Below, in pieces: positions 56,141-64,000 of a stretch of DNA of 64,000 bases. Position numbers and translations under genes: made by a program. Source of the DNA: Octopus sinensis (lineage: Eukaryota); NCBI RefSeq assembly GCF_006345805.1, contig NC_043008.1, positions 11,408,001-11,472,000 on the forward strand, in the 5' to 3' direction. The notes beneath the pieces are model-generated. The model ran no database searches. It was given only the letters and a program-made list of their open reading frames with translations, and had not been told where the DNA came from. Every line of letters begins with the position of its first letter. Position 1 is the first letter of the stretch.

Positions 56141-56541
56141 AGAGGCACAAGGCCTGAAATTTGTTGGGTGGAGACTAGTCGATTATATCGACCCCAGTGT
56201 TTAACTGGTACTTAATTTATCGATCCTGAAACGATGAAAGGCAAAGTCCACCTCAGCGCAATTTGAAACAAGAACAAAATACCTATTTCCTTACTACCTA
56301 CAAGGGGCTAAACACAGAGAGGACAAACAAGGACAGACAAACGGATTAAGTCGATTATATCAACCCCGGTGAGTAACTGGTACTTATTTAATCGACCCCG
56401 AAAGGATGAAAGGCAAAGTCGACCTCGGAAGAATTTGAACTCAGAACGTAGCGGCAAACGAAATGCTGCTAAGCATTTCACCCGGCGTGCTAACGTTTCT
56501 GCCAGCTCGCCGCCTTCGTTTCTGCCAGCTCGACGCCTTCA
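56141..56541 (-). mobile_element. SINE family A, dimeric body, with a 23-bp head duplication
   Basis: Two body units, and gtttctgccagctcg(c/a)cgccttc occurs twice at ~56495-56541. Confidence 0.85.
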
Positions 56542-57027
56542 TATATAAATAATATTGATGTGCAATGTAAGCTGAACACTGCACGATGGAATATTTAACT
56601 AAGCCCTTACCAGCGCTTGACTGGTTCTCGTTTTGTTGCCTCCCAACGGATGCATGTCGAAGTTCACGGTTCAGGATGATTCAATGGTATGCAAAATATT
56701 TGTAAAAAATGCAACGCGACCTTATACTTTGCGAGAGAAAATAATCGATTCAATCATCTCTCTATTTGACTGCCACATTTTCGCCTCAAAACGAGAAGGA
56801 TAAAATAACCTAACATGTCTTCTGTTAAGTAGATTTCATAGGGTTAATGGGGGATGTTATATGTTCAACCATGCATTTATTGGAGTATATGCCGGCAGGG
56901 CACAATGACATTGAAACAAAAAGCTATTTGGAAATTCAATCGAATATAACCGAGTTTGGCGGAATGAAAGTTTATCTTGAAATCCTTCAGTGAAATATTC
57001 TCCGTTAAGTCTTATTATATTTATAAG

Positions 57028-57071
<44 letters not shown>

Positions 57072-57201
57072 ATATAGGATAAAACTTTTCGAAAAAAATT
57101 ATATCAATGGCTAGCATATTAAGAAATACCTTTAAAGGTTAAATTTATAAACAACTTATAAACAATTTGCATATATATATATATATATAAGTTGTATATA
57201 C

Positions 57202-57254
<53 letters not shown>

Positions 57255-57324
57255 TACATACACAAACACACATATATATACATATGTGTGTGTATGTACT
57301 TATATATATGTATATATAAATATG

Positions 57325-57372
<48 letters not shown>

Positions 57373-57697
57373 TACTCAATATAAACTAGTGTACATTTAT
57401 ACACAAGAGAAATTACCTTTAACAGGTAATTTTACACGCTAGAAGAAGCAGCCAAAATGGTTCACATTTCGTTTATTAAAAATGTAATGGCAAGTATTTA
57501 TTGACCTTTTTCTTTCCTTTAAAAATCGGCACGAACTTTCCGGACAACCCATTATATTTTACTAGTTATGTAATTGATACAAATATATGAAGACTGTCTT
57601 GAGAGTTTGAGTTTAACTTAACACGTTATTTTATCACTGACATGTTGCAATACAACAGCCATTTTGAGTTTATTTTTAATTAAGGAAATTAAAAATT

Positions 57698-57844
57698 AGT
57701 GCAGTGGATGAGTGGTGAAAAGCTCGATTCCCAACGACTTGGTTCCAGATTTAGTGGCACCTTGGGCAAGTATCTTCTACTATAGTCTCGGGCCGATCAA
57801 GGCCTTGTGAGTGGATTTGGTAGACGGAAACTGAAAGAAGCCCA

Positions 57845-57880
<36 letters not shown>

Positions 57881-58085
57881 GTACGTATTTGTGTATATGT
57901 GTTCGTCCCCAATTCATCGCTTGACAACCGATGTTGGCGTGTCTTCGTCCCCGTAACTTAATTGTTCGGCAAAAGACACTTGTAGAATAAGTACTAGGCT
58001 TACAAGAAATAAGTCCTTGGTTTTGTCTCCACTAAAGACAGTGTTGCAGCATGGCCGCAGTTAAACAACTGAAACAAGTAAAATA
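57698..58085 (+). mobile_element. SINE family B
   Basis: ggcaccttgggcaagtatcttctactatag...gcttgacaaccgatg...cagcatggccgcagttaaacaactgaaacaagtaaaa. Confidence 0.8.
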
Positions 58086-58777
58086 ATATTTCTCCAATTT
58101 GCAATACCATATATGGATAATTTCCCGCAATATATTTTGCTGTAGATCTTTTTTGTTTGTTTTTTGGCGTTGTTTCTCTCTTGACCCAGTCAGCCGCTGT
58201 TGAACTGAAGTGAATAAGTTAATAATATATAACACTTGATCGATGGTCAATTTGTATCTAAATTGAACAAAGGTTATATGAGCCAATTCGTCACTTTTGT
58301 ATCATAGAGGGTTAATAATAAGATGAGTGTGATTTTAGTTAAAATTAAGCGATATATTTAAATGTAGATTGTGCATAACATATTTAGATAGGAGCCTCAA
58401 TTTACCGCTATATGAATTAAAGAAATATAAAAAGTGGTCCACGGATATACTTAGACGAAATATGGAATATTTACAACGTTACAATAACAGACATTTCCAC
58501 ATGCCGCACAAGCTTTATATTGTGAATAAATAATAATATCTGTGGTAGTTCTATAAACCAAACAATGAGTCTAAGAGGATGGGGTTGTTGGCAATATGCG
58601 TAGCGACCAATTCGTGGTTAAGTACAATCCTCAATTTTAAAATCTTGGAGCCAGCCCTTCTCGTATACATGTACTAACAAATTCATACATACTCACATAT
58701 GTATATGTACGAGCGTACAAATTTTACGTGTACAAATTTATGTATATACCTAAATGCAGTTATATGTATATTTGTGA

Positions 58778-58825
<48 letters not shown>

Positions 58826-58867
58826 GTATATGTATATAAATATATATATATATATATATACATATAT

Positions 58868-58908
<41 letters not shown>

Positions 58909-60523
58909 TAATTATATCTAAAATATATAATCCTAATGCAAGTTAGTTGGAAAAAGTACCAACAGGCTAGAAATAGAAGTCGAAAATATACTAAACCAAC
59001 TATTTAACTCTGTTCCACAAATGCGTGGAAACGATCAAAATAATTTAGAGTACCTCTAACAGATAAATAGATAATCTCTCATATCGATCGATTTCAGGAT
59101 CTGTAATTAATACTTAATCCTCATCAGTGATATTCACCATAATTAGTGAAGGGTACTTGGAAAAACTACCAACATACTACTTAGCCGTTAAAGTATGGCC
59201 AAAGATTATTTTGCCCGTTCCTGGTTGTCACCTTGCGCAATAGAGTGAAATAGGTGGTTTAGAGTTTTTTGAGTCCTGTTTCTGGCAAGGTGGTACTTTT
59301 GTTCCATGTACTCTCCATTGAAATTATATATTTTATATCCAATTATAAATCTATATTAATTTTTAGCTCTATGTTTTTTTTTTAATTTTATGCTGGCCAC
59401 TGATATTATTATTTTATAATAATAACTTTACTCTTTCATATATATGGATATTTATGTTTGTGTGTGTGTGTGTGTATTTATGGCGGAAACTGAAAGAAGT
59501 CCGTCGTATATATATATAGTTCAGCAACATTTAGATTCAGATGAATATGTTACTTAAGGCAAATGCACCACAATGAAATCAACCTCTCTGTCTGTATATC
59601 TACCCTCTTTATAATGTTGGCAAACGAAATAGAGATAAGAATGCGCATTGTCCGTTTAATTGGAGAATTTCTATAAGTGGCTGAAGATTGCTCGACATTT
59701 TAAAACTGGTGTAATACTTACAGTGTTTAATAAAATGAAGTAGCATGAAACGCTCGTACTACATTACCTCGGATATACTTGTTGCTTATTTTGATTATAT
59801 ATATATATATCCTCTGAGTCACTCATTCTATAAATTTATTCCTCTGTCTATCTACCTATACATTTATAGAAATATTTAGATATATTTTGTTATAAACATA
59901 TGGAAACTGATTCCCATACAAAATATACATAAACAATATACGTTTGTATATATGTTTGTATACGCATATGCATACCAGCAAACATACACAAAATGTATGT
60001 GTGGGTCCATGTGGAAGCATATTGTATTTTTATTCTTTATATTTTGCATTGTAATCCAGGCTCCTATGATATTTGTTTAGTTTGTTTTCACTTAACGCTA
60101 GGAATTTCAGGACGCACTAAATGAGATCTATTGATCCAAGCACGAAGATTCCATTACAAATGAGAAACATGTTTTTAGTAATAAGTTCAATGTATTTCTA
60201 TATTAATAAATCATAATTGAGTCAGTGTTGATTTCAAGAATAAAAAAGTATCTTCATCTTTCATATTTTATTCATGTATTATTCCGTATGAGGTTTGGCT
60301 CGATCTGGCATTATCGTGCGTTCAAAAAATATTTCAATTTAGCTAATGGATATTTTCATATAAACTATTTGATGATTTATATGGCCTATATACTGTTTTT
60401 ACATTTTGTCAATATCTTGTGGTGAGTATAAGCGTTTCCCGGGAATATGACACTCTGAGTTGGTTTCGATTCCTGTATCATTCTAATATATTTCATTTAC
60501 TCCAATAATGTTTTTGTAAAATG

Positions 60524-60888
60524 TGGCACTCCGTCGGTTGCGATGACGAGGGTTACAGTTGATCCGATCAATGGAACAGCCAGCTCCTGAAATTAACGTC
60601 GAAGTAGCTCTACATACACGTGTACCCTTAACGTAGCTCTTGGGGCGATTCGGCATGATACAGTGTGACAAGGCTGGCCATTTGAAATACAGGTACATCA
60701 GAAAGTGGAAGAAAGAGTGAGAGAAAGTTGTGGTGAATGTGTACAGCAAGGTTTGCTACCACCCCCTGCCGGAGCCTCGTGGAACTTTAGGTGTTTTCGC
60801 TCAATAAACATTCACAACGCTCGGTATGGGACTCGAAATCGTGATCCTACGACCACGAGTCCGCTGCCCTAACCACTGGGCCATTGCA
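60524..60888 (-). mobile_element. SINE family C
   Basis: The reverse complement aligns with 47827-48202. Confidence 0.85.
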
Positions 60889-62298
60889 CATACACTTGTA
60901 AAATTTAGATCGCACTATTCTGATTTCTGCTTTCATACTGTTTTGATAATCTACAAATAGTACAAATTTCTGATTAGTATTTTATAGACAAAACATAATA
61001 ACTGCGTCGCGTGAGGTGAAATTCCCAAATTTCTTTTCGATCGTTGTCTTCATAATTGCATGCTGTTCTGTAAATAGTTACATATATATCTGTATATCAA
61101 ATTACATTCTTTCACTTCTTTTATCAACGACTCCCAGAACAAAATGTCTAGAAATATATATGTATTGACCGATCGGCGACTCTGTTTGCGATAGACACAT
61201 TCTGATTGTATATAACTAGATTTATATTTAATAACACTATTGCTTTTTACTTCCTACAATATCGGTATGGATTTTAGGCAATATATTATCAAATCAAAAA
61301 TACATTTGGGGACTGTGTACAATTCAACCTTCTGTCACGTGAAGCTATTGAGAAAGAAACCCAACAATGTATTAAGTATGCTGATGTTCTCCTACACACA
61401 ATACACGAGAATTTTAATCATATTTTAACATTCTATTTCAACAAACACGGTGCCGAATTCTATAATACTACATTTGCATTAAGTGGTGAACTATATTGCC
61501 AGTAAACATATATCAATGGAAACATGAATACATCTTTGATTTTCAGACGCAGAAATCTACTTGAAATAAGATCTAAACTATTATAGTCTTAGAGGGCTCC
61601 ACTACTGTTTCAAGTCGCGGTTATATAATATTCTTATTGATTATAAACATTCTCTTAATTCTAAATTAAGAAGTAGTTTTCGAGTAACTGATATGTGTAA
61701 ATTATGATAATAAATGCATTTGCTAATGGATTCTTGCGTGCTTCATGAATACTGCAAAATGAAAGTTAAAGGCTTCCTAAATTTCTGAGGTGTTTAGCTC
61801 ATATATTCTCTTTTCACTGAATTTTATGACTGGTTCAATTTTAGAAAAAGTTTCGCTTAATCCAGCTCTCTTTTCGATTTCTGTTTATGAGCGAAGATAT
61901 ATAAAATATACATGTTTTAAAAATAGCATATTGAAATGAATCCAGGAAAATATTTATTATCGATTAATCGGGCTTCCTGGTGTGTAAGCTAAAAGAATAT
62001 GATATTTTGTATATTTACTAGTGAATATATGTCGAATAATTCCAAACAACTTATTGTTTATTCCTTGACCGTCTGAAAATACCTGCCAATGAAGTAAATT
62101 AAATCAAGAGATATAGGAATAGAGCTCGATAAGGGATCAAGCGAAAACTTCAGTATATGATTGAAAGATATAAAAAATAAAGAGCTTAAGCTCATGTAGG
62201 ATCAGATGTATTCTAATCCAGCCCTAAAAAGATAAGAATAATCCCTAACCTGGAATGGAGAAAGATGATTAAATATATTTAGTACCCAGAATTGTGTA

Positions 62299-62563
62299 AT
62301 ATGATAAATAAATGAGCCCTTCTAAAGCCTAGCCAGGCTTATGGGCCCAGTTTCCCGGTTTCAATGGCGTATGCGTTCCCCAACTGGACGGGACGCCACT
62401 CCATCGCAGCGTTACTCATTTTTGCCAGCTGAGTGGACTGGATCAACGTGAAATGAAGTGTTTTGCTCAAGAACACAACGCGTCGCCCGGTCCAGGAATC
62501 GAAAACAAAATCTTACGATCATGATACTGACATCGTAACCACTAAGCCACGCGCCTCCACACT
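62299..62563 (-). mobile_element. SINE family D with TSD
   Basis: Aligns with 24924-25188. cagaa(t/c)tgtgta lies at 62287-62298 and 62564-62575. Confidence 0.85.
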
Positions 62564-63041
62564 CAGAACTGTGTACATATATTAAATTAGTAGTCTACAA
62601 CATGTTTACTGTATCAGTACTCTGTCCGACATTTAGCCGATTCTGTTACACTCTAAATGAAATCCGGTTTTTATTGATGCTTAATCGCGCAGGCCTTTAA
62701 TCCACATCAGAAATTTCCAGAAGATGTTGTATATGAATTAAAGGTTGTGTCCATCCGAAAAAGATAGTTTTGTAATTCCTTGCTTAACAGCCTGCACAGA
62801 TGATTTGTTCATAGTGACCAAATCTGTGTGCGGCACATAAGCACATCCATCAACTCGACTTTACTTGTACAGTTGCACAATGTACCACACATCAGAAGTT
62901 GAATGTATTGCAGAGCAACGCAAAATGGTGTGTTGTACTTGAGAACACTGTGCAGTACCCTGTCCAGAGATCGACCCCACGATCTGTCGATCCTTAGTGC
63001 AATACCCTAACAATTAGACGACGCGTCATCACTTATAGATT

Positions 63042-63343
63042 GTTTGTTCCTTCTCGAGCCACGCCTTGCTTATAAGGGCCGGTTTCCCGGTTTCTTTGGC
63101 GTATAGGTTCCCCACCTGGACGGGACGCCGGTCCGGCGCAGGTGAGCTGCTAGATGCAGGAGGAAAGACTGAGAGAAAGTTGTGGCGAAAGAGTTAGCAG
63201 AAGTTCGCCAATACCTTCTGCCGGAGCCGCGTGGAGCTTAAGTGTTTCGCTCATAAACACACACATTGCCCAGTCTAAGATTCGAACCCGCCATCCATCG
63301 AGCGCGAGTTCGCTGCTCTAACCACTAGGCCATGTGCCTCCAC
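63042..63343 (-). mobile_element. SINE family E (C-type middle, D-type core, distinct tail) with perfect 12-bp TSD
   Basis: cacttatagatt lies at 63030-63041 and 63344-63355. Head ggaggcacatggcctagtggttagagc, tail gcaaggcgtggctcgagaaggaacaaac. Confidence 0.88.
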
Positions 63344-63839
63344 CACTTATAGATTAGTTGAAGCTAATGCTGGAAAGCAGGGCTAAACACGGATTCAATG
63401 TTGCATCATATGACTGCTGTATGACATGGTTCGAGCTTTGTATCATTTTGCTTTGTATATTTTACTCCTTCAGCGAATATCCTCCAAAACGTTCATGGAT
63501 CAAGATACATAATATGAGTGTTTAAATAGATGCACTCCCTACGTGAATGACTCCCTTGACTGATATACATCAGATACACAGCTCTAGGGGTTGCTTAACA
63601 CTACCACAAAAATGTCTTCTGGTTAAAAGATATATGCATATGAGCAGATGAACAGGAACGGTTTGGTTATGAGGCAGCTTCAACATGGTACAGACACACA
63701 TAACCAAAGGAGTCTGTAATTGGATCAACATTTTCGATATTGACTCTCGCTTGCATGTGTAAGCTTCAGCAATGGAAGAATAAGAAATAACTTGGAAATA
63801 CTTAAAGCACGAAAGAAATACCGATGCCAGTAAACTGAC

Positions 63840-64000
63840 TGGCGGCGAGCTGGCAGAAACGTTAGCACGCCGGGCGAAATGCGTAGCCGTATTTCATCTA
63901 TCGTTACGTTCTGAGTTCAAATTCCACCGAGGTCGACTTTGCCTTTCATCCTTTCGGGGTCAATAAATTAAGTACCAGTTACGCACTGGGGTCGATCTAA
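63840..64000 (+). mobile_element. SINE family A, cut by the window end
   Basis: ggcggcgagctggcagaaacgttagcacgccgggcgaaatg...ggggtcgatc. Confidence 0.9.

Overview
AT-rich, microsatellite-dense eukaryotic genomic DNA. I found no host protein-coding gene that I could support. The repeat content looks like an octopod cephalopod genome (inference from the SINE families and the (TA)n/(TATC)n load). Most ORFs in the track are translations of microsatellites. Recognisable content: five related tRNA-head SINE families, one present as a 4 x 184-bp array; decayed Tc1 and maT (DD37D) transposases; several MITEs or foldbacks; LINE remnants of CR1/L2-like, Tx1-like and probably R4/Dong-like type; and a 5'-truncated Penelope-like element (PLE) with RT and GIY-YIG domains at 49.7-52.45 kb. 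The strongest unexplained signal is hammerhead-ribozyme cores. One extended hammerhead lies in the PLE 3' repeat. Four minimal hammerheads with a palindromic stem III lie in ~200-bp non-coding elements in or next to (TA)n/(TATG)n tracts. A Tx1-like LINE also appears twice inside (TATC)n arrays. All alignments and folds were done by eye, and element boundaries are approximate unless a TSD is given.
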